Below, piece after piece: positions 25,510 to 35,910 of a DNA stretch of 38,972 nt. How positions within the stretch are numbered: position 1 is the stretch's first letter; every line of letters starts with the position of its first letter. The DNA is from Candidatus Hydrogenedentota bacterium (lineage in GTDB: Bacteria; Hydrogenedentota; Hydrogenedentia; Hydrogenedentales; SLHB01): NCBI GenBank assembly GCA_034408725.1, contig JAWXCN010000064.1, forward strand, positions 1 through 38,972, in the 5' to 3' direction. The notes beneath the pieces are model-generated. The model made no database searches. It was not told the DNA's origin and saw nothing but the letters and a program-made list of their open reading frames with translations. A program made the translations under genes and the position numbers.

Positions 25510-26533
25510 ATGCAGACAGATGTCCCCGACCTGACCTATCGCTTTCCGCTTTGGGTACGCCTGAAAATTCTTGTGGCTCTTCTGCTGGTGCCCGCATATC
25601 ATGCAATAGTGCTGCTCGCCGGCGCTGTCACTGCGGCCGCGTCCGTGGTGCCACTGGTCGCGGCAGTTTAACCGCGAACCGGCCCTCTTGGCCTTGATAC
25701 ATACGACGTGTTTACTCATGAAAACCCGCATTCCGGATGCGGTCATCCTTCATGTCGGCACAGATTGTTTTGTGACGCAGCAACGGTTGACGGTGCTCAA
25801 CGCCAACCCTCACGGACGAATCCTTTGTCTTGGACTTGGGTTCATGGCATGCATTAAAGTAGATGAACTACGAAGCATACTTGCTCACGAATTTGCGCAC
25901 TTCACTGGGAGCGACTTGCTGTACAGCAAGATTGTGCTACGCGCGTACATGGGCTTGGAGACGGCTTCGGTGTCACTAAGTCAATTGAGCGACCGAACAA
26001 ACGGTCTGGCACGGGTTATCACGGCCGTGCCGTTTTTCGCGATAGTGCTACTTATGCGCGTAAATCTTCTCTTCTTGAGAAGTATTGATGCAAGCATCCA
26101 CCGCGCGAGAGAAATACGGGCAGATACGCTCGCAACGCGAATTTGTGGAACCCGCGTGTACACAGACATGTTGAAAAAAATTCATGCATACGGCCCATTG
26201 TTCCAACTGTCAATTATGCGAATCGCCGGAGAAATTCAACGTTCGCGCAAACCAGACGAAAGTTGCCTTCGCGTGTGGCGAAAGAACCTCAAATCGTTCG
26301 AATCATCCGCGCAAGAAATACTGAGTGACAGTATGGTGGAAACAACGAACAAATGGGCGGACCATCCGGCGTTGCGCGAGCGAATACAACGTCTGCCCGA
26401 AGTACCTGATCAATACCATAATGCACAGCCAGCACTTTCGCTTTTTCGGGAACTGGCGGCGTATGAGAAATTGGCGGGGGAATATCTGGCAAACGATTAT
26501 CGCATTTTACAGCGGGAAGGAATTCACCGGTAG
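25510..26533 (+). pseudogene. M48 (HtpX/Ste24-like) metalloprotease split by a frameshift near 25665-25671
   Basis: A 53-aa hydrophobic ORF (25510-25671) lies in a different frame from the catalytic part (REPALLALI.., ILAHEFAH, REIRAD, HPALRERI; stop 26533). Confidence 0.6.
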
Positions 26534-26537
26534 CTCA

Positions 26538-27971
26538 CTATTCGATGGCCTTGTGCTTCGCGATTCCCTTTAGCATCGTTCGGTTCACTTTTACATTGGC
26601 ATCGGCTTCGTCAGGCCAGGGCAGAAATGTGAATGGCACTTTGTACTTTGGCAGATGGCGTTCGAGATGCAGTTGCATCGCGGACTGCAGCAAATGCGTA
26701 TTTCCATCCGTCTTGACGAATGCGACCAGTCTTGCGCCGAACTCTGCGTCTTCAATTGCGACCACCACCGCCTGCAAGACGCCGGACAAGGTACCCAGGC
26801 ATTTCTCGATCTCTTCGGGCTGCACATTTTCGCCGCCGGTCACGACGAGATTATCCTTGCGTCCCGATACGATAAGGTTGTCCCGCTCATCAAACCGGCC
26901 CAAATCGCCCGTCGCAAGCCATCCGTTCGCGGTCATGGGCAACGTGATCCCGTCCGGCTCGACGTAGCCGCGGAACAGCGTGCTGCCTCGCACAAGGATT
27001 TCGCCGCCGGACGAAATCGAGACTGTGTCGGGCTTTAACGGACGGCCAGAAGTAAGCAGGTCGTCAAAAGTCGCGCCCGGTGGTGTCGTTGTCATTTGCG
27101 ACGCGGTCTCGGTCAGGCCGTATGTCGTGTACACGCGCAACCCCTGCTCATGCGCCTGCCTGAGTAGCGACGAAGACACCGCGCTTCCGCCCACCAGGAT
27201 CGCTTTTAACCGCTGCAACGCGGTGACGCCGGCAGTGGACTGGAGCATCCGAAACAGTTGCGTTGCGACCAGTGATGCGTGCGTGACGCCGAACCGGTTA
27301 ATCGTGGATTCTATTGACTCACCCACTTCCGGCACGACGACTGCCGCTCCGCCGAAAAGGCAGCGGAACAAAATGCCAAGCCCGGAAACATGGTAGAGGG
27401 GAAGTGAGAGCAGCCACCGGTCTCCCGGGCCGAGCGCAATGTTCTGGTTTGACGCAACGGCCGAATAACAGTGATTGGAGAGTGTGTGCAAGGCGGCTTT
27501 GGGTTCGTCCGAACTGCCGGAGGTAAACAGTATCGTTGCGTCCTGATCAAGCCGGAACGATCGCGACAACGGATGGCCATCGTGATCGGACGCCACGAGG
27601 TCTTCAATCCGCAAGGTGGGCATGTGGTCAAGCCGCACTATCGCGAAGAACTCGTCGACGAGGAGCGCCATCGCGCTAACGCGGTGCAGGTGCTCGGCAA
27701 TACCGTGCCGCGGGATTCGCGTGTTGACGATGCACGCAACGGCGCCGAGTTGAAAACAGCCCATGAGCAACGGCGCGAGGTGCGTGCTCGGGAGCGCGAG
27801 TACGCCGATGCGGTCACCATGACCGATCCCTGCCGCGCTTAATGCCGCCGCAATGCTCCGCGTGCGCGCGTCATAGTCCCGGTAGGAGTATGATATTGGG
27901 TCGCCTAGCAGCGCAGGCGCATCACCGTATTTGAGCGCGGCCCGAGTCAACGGCCAGGACGACTCAATCAT
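26538..27971 (-). CDS. menE: o-succinylbenzoate-CoA ligase
   Basis: ILFTSGSSDEPK, WLLSLPLYHVSGLGI, TYGLTETASQ, ATGDLG, GRKDN..GGENVQPEEIE, KVP; last gene of the men operon; ATG 27971 overlaps the end of menC. Confidence 0.9.
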   Translation of the reverse strand: MIESSWPLTRAALKYGDAPALLGDPISYSYRDYDARTRSIAAALSAAGIGHGDRIGVLALPSTHLAPLLMGCFQLGAVACIVNTRIPRHGIAEHLHRVSAMALLVDEFFAIVRLDHMPTLRIEDLVASDHDGHPLSRSFRLDQDATILFTSGSSDEPKAALHTLSNHCYSAVASNQNIALGPGDRWLLSLPLYHVSGLGILFRCLFGGAAVVVPEVGESIESTINRFGVTHASLVATQLFRMLQSTAGVTALQRLKAILVGGSAVSSSLLRQAHEQGLRVYTTYGLTETASQMTTTPPGATFDDLLTSGRPLKPDTVSISSGGEILVRGSTLFRGYVEPDGITLPMTANGWLATGDLGRFDERDNLIVSGRKDNLVVTGGENVQPEEIEKCLGTLSGVLQAVVVAIEDAEFGARLVAFVKTDGNTHLLQSAMQLHLERHLPKYKVPFTFLPWPDEADANVKVNRTMLKGIAKHKAIE

Positions 27972-29118
27972 TCGGCAACTCCTCGAGCGAATCCACGTTA
28001 AACAAACTCCGGTGCGCGTTCGCATCTTCAACATTGATCGTGCCGAGACTAACGGCAGGCGTCTCGACAAGATTGCTGGCAAACCACGATGCCGTATTGA
28101 GTCCGGCGGGGCGACAGTGCTCGCCCGCGGACGCGGCAAGGTTCACCAACGCGGCATGGCCAACGCCCGATTCAAATGATGAACTTAAAACGAGATCGGC
28201 GTCAATTCGCTCGTGCAGCGCGAGCAATCGCGCCATGTACGCAAGAGGGAACCCCACAAGCGTGGGTTTGACGACCCAGGTATGCGCCGCCCGTATTGCG
28301 CGGAGCAGCGGCGCGGCATCCTCTGGCTCGTCCGAAAACGCTTCGAGGTAACCGGCCTTGCGCCACTCGAAAACGCGCGGCCATCCGGCGTCCTGGAGCG
28401 TTTCATCCACCGCAACCGGCACGGGTGAACCGGCGGCAAACTCCGCCAGTTGCTCCGGCGCGTTGATGGGTTCTTCGATATACGCGATGCAGCAGCCGGC
28501 CACCGCGCGCACAAACGTTGTGGCGTCGCCGATACTCCATGCGCGGTTGGCGTCAAGCCGGATCGCGGTCGATGCGTGAACAGCGGCGCGCACGGCGCGA
28601 ATCATCTCAATGTCCTCATCCACCGGGCGCGCTCCGACTTTTACTTTAACGGCCGTATATCCACGGCGCACGGCATCGGCCGCCGCTGCCACGATGGTAT
28701 CCGTATCGCCGGAGAGCAACGCATTCACCGGCACATGTTTCGCAGGCGATTCGGAAAGGATGGCGGCGGGGGCGCGGCCGGACACGTTGGCCGCGAGATC
28801 CAACAGCGCGCATTCGATCCCGAAGCGTACCGACGGCGGGAACGCCTCCCGATGGCGAAGTCCGGCGGGAAGTGTCGCAAAAATGTCGCTGCGTTGGCAG
28901 AGCGCGTGAACACAGGATACGGCGCGCTGTCGCGCGTCAGCGATTGATTCCGCGCTGAATCCCGCTAGGGGCGCGATTTCACCATAACCTTCCGCACCGG
29001 AATCGGTCTCGATTTTGACAATCAAACCCTCGCGCGCAGTGACCATCTGGCCGCGCAACGGCAATGGCCGGACGAGCGGAAGCACATACCGATAATACCG
29101 TGCGCCGGTAATCTTCAT
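27964..29118 (-). CDS. menC: o-succinylbenzoate synthase
   Basis: GEIAPLAGFSAES, KVKVG, RLDAN, YIEEP, AVDE, VKPTLVG, SSSFES; ATGA overlap with the menA stop. Confidence 0.9.
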   Translation of the reverse strand: MKITGARYYRYVLPLVRPLPLRGQMVTAREGLIVKIETDSGAEGYGEIAPLAGFSAESIADARQRAVSCVHALCQRSDIFATLPAGLRHREAFPPSVRFGIECALLDLAANVSGRAPAAILSESPAKHVPVNALLSGDTDTIVAAAADAVRRGYTAVKVKVGARPVDEDIEMIRAVRAAVHASTAIRLDANRAWSIGDATTFVRAVAGCCIAYIEEPINAPEQLAEFAAGSPVPVAVDETLQDAGWPRVFEWRKAGYLEAFSDEPEDAAPLLRAIRAAHTWVVKPTLVGFPLAYMARLLALHERIDADLVLSSSFESGVGHAALVNLAASAGEHCRPAGLNTASWFASNLVETPAVSLGTINVEDANAHRSLFNVDSLEELPND

Positions 29119-30018
29119 AGGACCCAGCAAAGAGAAAATACGAAGCTGAAGGCGAGCAAAAGTTTTCCCGTTGAACCGAGGGCCTCATTAAGCGCGGGGC
29201 CGTCGCCTTTGGTTAGCACTGCGCGCAATGGCGGCCACGCAATCGCCCCGCATACCAACGGCGCCGCGACAAACCAATAGTCGCGCATGGACAGAGCGAA
29301 ATACAGTGGGATCAACGCGCACGCTATGAGCAGGCAGACGATATATTCCACGCGCGCGAAGGTCCGGCCAAACCGGACGGCGAGCGTGCGCTTTCCCGCA
29401 ACGCGATCCTGATCCACGTCGCGCAGGTTGTTCACCGTAAGCAGCGCAACAGAAATAAGGCCGGGCGCGAAACTGGCCACGATGACATTGTGAGAAAGGG
29501 TGAATGCATGCAGATAGTAAGTTCCGCACACGGCAACAGGCCCAAAGAAAACCAGGACAAACAGATCGCCGAGGCCAAGATAGCCGAGCGGAAACGGGCC
29601 GCCTGTATACAGGACGCCGCTTACAATCGAAATGAGTCCAATCGCGAGGAATGGCCAACCGCCACGCGCGATTATGTAGGCGCCGGGGATCAACGCAAGC
29701 GCAAAGCACAACACAAAGGCGTTGCGCATGGTCTTGGGCGTGACGAGACCCGCGGCGGTCGCGCGGAGCGGCCCAATGTTCGGCGGTGTCAGTGCCTTTG
29801 ACGAAATCGAAGTAATCATTGGCGAAGTTAGTGCCGATCTGAATCAAGATCGCGCCAATCAATGCGCACGCGAGTGCGGGCCAATGGATCGGTACATGTT
29901 CCGCAAAGGCAATCGCGGCGCCAATAACTACGGGGGCGATGGCCGCTGGAAGCGTTTTCGGGCGCGACGCCAACAGCCAGATTTTCGGCATGCTCGTTTC
30001 TGCGGACTTTTGCGTCAT
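29115..30018 (-). pseudogene. menA: 1,4-dihydroxy-2-naphthoate polyprenyltransferase, frameshifted at about 29778 (real lesion or assembly error)
   Basis: The N-terminal part ([21 protein letters not shown]) and the C-terminal part ([33 protein letters not shown]) are in different frames. Confidence 0.9.
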
Positions 30019-30032
30019 TCTTGCATGGTGCG

Positions 30033-30857
30033 TTATGGAAAACGCTTGAACTTGTTAAAGTCCGGCTTCCGCTTCTCATTGAAGGCGTTGCGTCCCTCCT
30101 GCCCTTCCTCGGTCATATAGAAAAGCATCGTGGCGTTGCCGGCAAGTTCCTGCAAACCGGTCTGGCCGTCGCAGTCGGCGTTGAGCGCGGCTTTGAGACA
30201 ACGAATCGCCATCGGCGAATTGGCGAGAATCTCCCGGCACCATTGGACCGTCTCTTCCTCAAGACGCGCGAGTGGCACAACGGTATTGACGAGACCCATG
30301 TCGAGCGCTTGCCGAGCATTGTATTGACGGCAGAGGAACCAGATTTCGCGGGCCTTCTTCTGACCGATGACGCGCGCCATGTAACTCGCGCCGAAGCCGC
30401 CATCAAATGATCCGACTTTAGGTCCGGTCTGGCCGAAGACGGCGTTGTCCGCTGCAATCGTGAGGTCGCAGATGAGGTGCAGGATGTGTCCTCCGCCGAT
30501 GGCATAACCCGCGACCATCGCAATGACGGGCTTCGGACAGGTGCGAATCTGGCGCTGAAAATCGAGCACGTTGAGGCGCATCGTATCCTTGGCGTCGTCC
30601 TTGTAACCTGCGTCCCCGCGGATTTTTTGATCTCCACCGCTGCAGAACGCCTTGTCGCCTTCGCCTGTGAGAATTATGACGCCCACTTCGGGATCAAAGC
30701 GCGCTTCGTGCAACGCGTGCATCATCTCGTCCACGGTAAGGGGGCGGAAGGCATTGCGCAACTTCGGACGGTTGATTGTGATCTTCGCGATCCCATCGGA
30801 CTTCTGGTATTTGATATCGGTGTAAGATCCGGCGTCGTGCCATTCGATCGATGCCAT
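30033..30857 (-). CDS. menB: 1,4-dihydroxy-2-naphthoyl-CoA synthase
   Basis: [49 protein letters not shown] before ATG 30857. Confidence 0.97.
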   Translation of the reverse strand: MASIEWHDAGSYTDIKYQKSDGIAKITINRPKLRNAFRPLTVDEMMHALHEARFDPEVGVIILTGEGDKAFCSGGDQKIRGDAGYKDDAKDTMRLNVLDFQRQIRTCPKPVIAMVAGYAIGGGHILHLICDLTIAADNAVFGQTGPKVGSFDGGFGASYMARVIGQKKAREIWFLCRQYNARQALDMGLVNTVVPLARLEEETVQWCREILANSPMAIRCLKAALNADCDGQTGLQELAGNATMLFYMTEEGQEGRNAFNEKRKPDFNKFKRFP

Positions 30858-30877
30858 GCGAAACTCCGTAGTCAATG

Positions 30878-31681
30878 CTAGGGTTTTGGATTCAGGACTT
30901 GGTTCAGAAATGCCGCGATTGCGGAATTATACGCGCCGGGCGCTTCTTCGTGCACGTTGTGGCCCGCGCCGGGGATAATGGCCACGGTTGAGCTCGGGCA
31001 CGCGGCGTGCATCTCGTTTGCGAGCGCGTGATATTTATCATCCAACTCGCCCGCGACGACCAAGGTTGGAATGTGGTTTCCGCGCCACTCGTCCCACAGC
31101 GGCGATTGCCTCGAAACACTCAAGCCGCGCAATGCCCGCGCGAGTTCGCGCGGATTGTTCAGCATTCGTTCGCGACGAATACGCTCGATCAGCGCGGGCC
31201 TCGCCATGAGCGAAGCGAAGAGCGGCTGCGCGTACCACGATTCCAGAAACGCTTCCAATTCGCCGGACTCGAGCATGGCTGCCCAATGCTCGTCCCGCGC
31301 GCGTCGATCCGCCCGTTCGTCGATTGTTTGCAAACCCGGCGACGCGGATTCGATGACCAGCGCATCAATCCGCATGGCGTAGATCGAAGTCAAATACAGT
31401 GCGAGCCGTCCGCCCATCGAGTACCCAATGATCGAGAACGACGAGACATCGAATGTATCGATCAAATCAATGATGGCCGTCGCAGCAGACGGGACGGTGT
31501 AATCTCCGTCGCGACCACCGAGGGATTTCCCGTGACCCGGCAGATCGATCGCGACGCAATAATACCGATCACCCAGTATTTCGATGAGCGAATCCCAGTC
31601 CCGATGAGAACCCAGGAACCCGTGAAGCAATGCGACCAGTGGCCCATCGGCGTTGCCGGTAGCAAGGTAATGCAACTTCAC
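30878..31681 (-). CDS. menH: SHCHC synthase (alpha/beta hydrolase)
   Basis: LHGFLG, DLPGHG, GYSMGGR, ESASPG, WYAQPLF, GELD, GHNVH; located between menD and menB. Confidence 0.92.
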   Translation of the reverse strand: MKLHYLATGNADGPLVALLHGFLGSHRDWDSLIEILGDRYYCVAIDLPGHGKSLGGRDGDYTVPSAATAIIDLIDTFDVSSFSIIGYSMGGRLALYLTSIYAMRIDALVIESASPGLQTIDERADRRARDEHWAAMLESGELEAFLESWYAQPLFASLMARPALIERIRRERMLNNPRELARALRGLSVSRQSPLWDEWRGNHIPTLVVAGELDDKYHALANEMHAACPSSTVAIIPGAGHNVHEEAPGAYNSAIAAFLNQVLNPKP

Positions 31682-31745
31682 GGGAAAACCGCTCCGCGGC
31701 AGCGCTTAGGCGCCTCTGATTTTGTTGCGGAGAAACGGAATGGCA

Positions 31746-33506
31746 TCAGTAACCTTCGAGCGCTTTGACTACGGCTTCGCCGATGGCGCGATGAAACGCG
31801 ACGTTTTCTTCACGGTTGGTGTTGACTTCGATGATGTTTGAGCCGCCGGATGCCGCGAAGTCGCGGAAGATTTTCAGGAATTCATTCATTGTCGAGGGGC
31901 GGGCGTATGGGAGATCAAACATTTTGGCGGCGTGTTCAAACTGAAATCCGTGTGGCGTCGCGAAGTATCGCTCGAATACATCCAACTGATGGGCGATGGG
32001 CAGGAAATGAAAAATTCCGCCGCCATCGTTGTTCACGATGATCAGCGTCAGCTTCACGCCCTCCTGCCTTAGCAACGTCAGCGAGTTCAGATCGTGCAAT
32101 GCGGCAAGATCGCCGATGATGGCCGTGGTTCGCTCGTTCCACGCGGAGCTGTAACCCGCGGCAGTCGCGATGTTCCCGTCAATGCCGCTGGCTCCGCGAT
32201 TGGCTACGACTTCGACTGCGTCGTGAAATGCGCCGCCAAACATATCCATGTCGCGGATCGGCATGCTGCTTCCAAGATACAGCGCGCCAGAGTCGAGCTC
32301 CCTCGCGACGTTCAAGGCGAGCCCAGGCTCCGTAATCGCAATAGGTTCCGCGAGACCCGCTGCAACGGCCGACGCCGCGAGTTTTGACGCGCCGGAATGC
32401 CATTGGTTCCATTTGTTGTTGGACGGTGCGCGGAATCCGTCGCTGAACACCGTGTCGAAAAATGTTCTAGGTGAACAGTGTACGCGCATAGTCGCGGACA
32501 GCGTGGGATCGTCCTGATGCGCGCTTGCTGAGACGCGCAAAAAATGTTCGGGCTTGGCGCTCTCGATTAATTGGTACAGCCGCTTCGACACGCAACGTCC
32601 GCCGATTTGAATAATGACATCAGGCATGCAGCCTGCACGATACTCCGGCGACAGAAGTAGTTGGTCGTAGTTTGAAATCATAAGCGGGCACTCGGATACG
32701 CGCACATTTGACGTGACGTCTGCAAACACCGGCCACGGCCATTCGCCGGCGAGGCGCTTCTTCACGAGGCGATCCAGCGTGGTGTAACTTGCTCCGCCGG
32801 CGATGATCAGTCCCTGGCGGGCCGAGCCGATGATTTTCCGTGCGCGCGCAACGGCATGGGGATCCGGCAACGTGTTCGTGATGACATGCTGCGTATGGGG
32901 GGCGTCGTTTTCGCGCCAGCGTTCGAGTCCGGGCATCGACGCGAATTGTTCGTCCGAGACCGGATCGGTAGCCAGCGGTTCGCGAAACGGACAGTTGATG
33001 TGGACGACGCCGGCGGGCGAACTGAAGCAATCGTGAACGGCCTGATCGATTGCGGCGAGCACGGCCTGGGCTGAAATGAGCGCGTCCGGACACGGCAATG
33101 GAACGTAGCTGCGGGCATACTTGCCGAAGATTCGCGTATGATCAATTGTCTGATTCGCGCCGACATTCTGAAGTTCCGGGGGCCTGTCCGCGGTCAATAC
33201 GATTAATGGCGCCTCCGCCATAGCCGCCTCCACAATTGCCGGAAAAAGATTCGCGACAGCGGAGCCGGATGTGCAGATCAATGCAGTTCGCGATCCGGCG
33301 CGCGCGCGACCGAGCGCGAAAAACGCGGTGCCCCGTTCGTCAAAGTGCACGAAACATTTGTCGCCGGCGATTCGCGCCGCGGCTGCCGTCAGCGGGGACG
33401 AGCGTGACCCCGGCGAAATAATGAACGAACGCACATCATTGCGCACGAGTTCTTCGATAATAAGTTCCGCCCACAGGCTGTTGAGGTTTGGCGCGCCGGT
33501 GGTCAT
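31746..33506 (-). CDS. menD: SEPHCHC synthase
   Basis: SPGSRSSPL, HFDER, TSGSA, TADRPPEL..GANQ, NRGASGIDG, GDLAALHDLN, NNDGGGIF; ATG 33506 overlaps the menF stop. Confidence 0.96.
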   Translation of the reverse strand: MTTGAPNLNSLWAELIIEELVRNDVRSFIISPGSRSSPLTAAAARIAGDKCFVHFDERGTAFFALGRARAGSRTALICTSGSAVANLFPAIVEAAMAEAPLIVLTADRPPELQNVGANQTIDHTRIFGKYARSYVPLPCPDALISAQAVLAAIDQAVHDCFSSPAGVVHINCPFREPLATDPVSDEQFASMPGLERWRENDAPHTQHVITNTLPDPHAVARARKIIGSARQGLIIAGGASYTTLDRLVKKRLAGEWPWPVFADVTSNVRVSECPLMISNYDQLLLSPEYRAGCMPDVIIQIGGRCVSKRLYQLIESAKPEHFLRVSASAHQDDPTLSATMRVHCSPRTFFDTVFSDGFRAPSNNKWNQWHSGASKLAASAVAAGLAEPIAITEPGLALNVARELDSGALYLGSSMPIRDMDMFGGAFHDAVEVVANRGASGIDGNIATAAGYSSAWNERTTAIIGDLAALHDLNSLTLLRQEGVKLTLIIVNNDGGGIFHFLPIAHQLDVFERYFATPHGFQFEHAAKMFDLPYARPSTMNEFLKIFRDFAASGGSNIIEVNTNREENVAFHRAIGEAVVKALEGY

Positions 33507-34894
33507 TCGGAGAGGATAGCCGCGTATGGGGCGAGTTTGTTTTCGAGTTCGTCCCATTCGCTTGAGGGTGTCGAGCCTTCGACTATGCCCGCGCCAGTGT
33601 ACGCGTGTACCGTGTTGCCGGTGACGAGGGCAGAACGGATGGCAACGGCAAACTCCGCGGAGTCGCATCCGACCCATCCAACGGGGCCCGCGTACCAGCC
33701 GCGATCGAACGGCTCGTTTCGCGAGATCCACTCCAGCGCCGCGTGCCGGGGCACGCCTCCAACTGCAGGCGTGGGGTGCAACGCACGGAGCAGCTCCGCG
33801 TCGGTATGGAAATGATCGAGGATGCCCTCGATGCTCGCGCTGAGGTGCTGATACCGGGCGAGACACATGACGGAGACCTCTGGCTGCACGTGAACCGCAT
33901 GGCACCGTGTCGCCAGTTCGCCGCTGATGGCGTCAATCACGTGGCGGTGTTCGCGGCGGTCCTTTTCGCTCGCGAGCAATTTTGCTGCGCGCGCTGCATC
34001 ACTCGATTCGTCCCCGGTGGCGAGGCACGTACCTGCGACCGCCTCGGTACGGATGTACCGGTCCTGCCGTTTATAGAGACGCTCCGGCGAAATCCCGATA
34101 AACGCAACGCCAGGCCGGGGCTGGAAGCAGAAGCGGTACGCATGCGAAGCGGCCGCGTCGAGCCTGCGAAGCAGGGAAACCGGATCGACCCGCTCGCGGC
34201 AGGTAAACGTGGTCTCGCGCGCGAGGACGGCTTTCTCGACGGCGCCCCTCCGGATTTCGGCTAGGGTTTGTTCAATGAGCTGGTCCCAATCATGCTGTTC
34301 TGGCGCATCACGCCGCGCGGTTGCGCGCGCGATCTCGCGAACATCGTCGTCTCCGGGAAATGGCATCGCTTCGAGTGCGTCATGAATTTCGCGGAGAAGA
34401 TTGTCGTCACGCTCGCTGAAAACTGCGTTGCACGCGAGATACGTCTGATCGCCGCGTCCGAGAACTTCAAAACGCGGCAGAACAAACCGGTACGCGCCGA
34501 ACGGGAGCCATTTTTCGACAGGCGGCGTTGTGGGGCTAAAACGCATACCCCCGTAATAATGGAGATGCGGATGCACACTGGCGATGCTCACGCGAAGTTG
34601 GTCGAACAGCGCATCGTAATCAGTCAACACTTCAGCGGTGATGATGTCCGCCGTGCCGACGCCCGCAAGTTCGAATTCACGTTCGCGATCACACCAGTAT
34701 CCGCGGGACCGATCACCCTGCGCGTCAAGCCATGCCAGGGGACTGACGCCTTCGACGGGCACTTCACAGCGAAGAATCCGGCGCGGCTTGTGCACGCCCG
34801 CGGCCGAAGCGAACGCCTGATCAAGGAGGGTTGCCAGCGCGCGCTTGGCCAGCGAAGGTTCGACGACATCGGGAAACAAAAAGGGAGTAGTCAT
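33503..34894 (-). CDS. menF: Isochorismate synthase
   Basis: KAVLAR, SPERL, EAVAGT, EKDRREH, LHPTPAVGG, RGWYAG, EFAVAIRS, GAGIV..S..EW.E..K; immediately upstream of menD. Confidence 0.92.
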   Translation of the reverse strand: MTTPFLFPDVVEPSLAKRALATLLDQAFASAAGVHKPRRILRCEVPVEGVSPLAWLDAQGDRSRGYWCDREREFELAGVGTADIITAEVLTDYDALFDQLRVSIASVHPHLHYYGGMRFSPTTPPVEKWLPFGAYRFVLPRFEVLGRGDQTYLACNAVFSERDDNLLREIHDALEAMPFPGDDDVREIARATARRDAPEQHDWDQLIEQTLAEIRRGAVEKAVLARETTFTCRERVDPVSLLRRLDAAASHAYRFCFQPRPGVAFIGISPERLYKRQDRYIRTEAVAGTCLATGDESSDAARAAKLLASEKDRREHRHVIDAISGELATRCHAVHVQPEVSVMCLARYQHLSASIEGILDHFHTDAELLRALHPTPAVGGVPRHAALEWISRNEPFDRGWYAGPVGWVGCDSAEFAVAIRSALVTGNTVHAYTGAGIVEGSTPSSEWDELENKLAPYAAILSE

Positions 34895-34905
34895 GACGCG
34901 AACGA

Positions 34906-35060
34906 GGGAATTTTGGATTTTAGATTTTGGATTTTGGATTGTAAATCCAATACGCCGGATTCACGCGTTAGAAAATAGTGAACCCGGGAATGTGAAACCC
35001 GCAGAATCCGGCGAGCTCTTTCTTTAATCCAAAATCCAAAATCCAAAATCCAAAATTCCC
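34906..35060. repeat. 35-bp inverted repeat built from tandem heptamers (ATTTTGG / CCAAAAT) around an 85-bp core
   Basis: Arms 34906-34940 and 35026-35060 are complementary at 34 of 35 positions; inner IR CGCCGGATTC (34953-34962) / GAATCCGGCG (35004-35013). Confidence 0.9.
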
Positions 35061-35068
35061 CACCCACC

Positions 35069-35800
35069 TTATTTGTCCCCCCAATAAATCATCGCGATAC
35101 CAAACGTCAGGGGATACGATGCAACATCTTTGAATCCGGCGCCGCGCATGAGTTCGCAGAAGGCTTCGCCGTAGGGAAACGTTTCCACCGTCTGGTTCAG
35201 ATAGCGGTATGCGTAGGAATCGCCCGACACCATACCGCCAATGGCCGGCAGCACGTTGCGAAAGTACAGGAGGTAGCTCCATCGCAACAACGCGTTCTCC
35301 GGAAGCGCAAACTCCAGAATAAGGGCGCGCCCGCCAGGCTTGAGAACGCGGTGCATCTCGCGCAATGCGGCGTCAACATCCACCACGTTACGAATGCCAA
35401 AGGAAATTGTGGCAACGTCAAACTGCTCGCCGGCAATAGCCAGACTGGTCGCATCACCACGGACCATGCGCAACGCCGTGGCATGTCCGGTATCTTCGAA
35501 TTTCTGTTTGCCAATGGCCAGCATCTTGCCCGACATATCGACGCCGACACCGGACCGCACGCTGGCAGAGTCGGTGCGCAACGCGAGGAGGACGTCGCCG
35601 GTGCCCGTGGCAAGGTCCAGTACCCGCAAATCGTCTCGCGGAGGCAGCAACTCCGAGAGGTGCTTGCGCCATGCCACGTCCCGCCGCATCGACAGCACAC
35701 GATTCAAAAAATCGTACCGGTGCGCGATGCGGTCAAACATCCGCCAGGCTTCAGTACGGACGGGAATTGAATGCTCGGTAGAACCGTGAACAATTGCCAC
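35069..35800 (-). CDS. menG: Demethylmenaquinone methyltransferase (UbiE/MenG)
   Basis: MFDRIAHRYDFLN, VLDLATGTGD, FGIRNV, RVLKPGG..ILEF, AYRYL; heads the men operon. Confidence 0.93.
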   Translation of the reverse strand: MAIVHGSTEHSIPVRTEAWRMFDRIAHRYDFLNRVLSMRRDVAWRKHLSELLPPRDDLRVLDLATGTGDVLLALRTDSASVRSGVGVDMSGKMLAIGKQKFEDTGHATALRMVRGDATSLAIAGEQFDVATISFGIRNVVDVDAALREMHRVLKPGGRALILEFALPENALLRWSYLLYFRNVLPAIGGMVSGDSYAYRYLNQTVETFPYGEAFCELMRGAGFKDVASYPLTFGIAMIYWGDK

Positions 35801-35910
35801 GAATATTCACCTAAATACGTTGATTTGGGAACAACACTGGCTGAAAGTATACCGTATGATACAGTGTTTTTCGCCTTACAATATCGAGACATCATACAGG
35901 AGCGGTGTAA

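Noticed and set aside
27972..28139. N-terminal extension of MenE
   Set aside because: It lies within menC; ATG 27971 gives a normal-length protein.
29188..30018. Independent 276-aa protein, or programmed frameshifting in menA
   Set aside because: Only the first ~80 aa are MenA and the rest is out-of-frame read-through; no slippery sequence is visible at the shift.
31690..31731. Hairpin between menD and menH
   Set aside because: Pairing needs G-U pairs that form only on the non-coding plus strand, and there is no U-tract.
33507..33905. N-terminal extension of MenD (719-aa ORF)
   Set aside because: It overlaps menF in another frame; MenD homology begins at ATG 33506, which is coupled to the menF stop.
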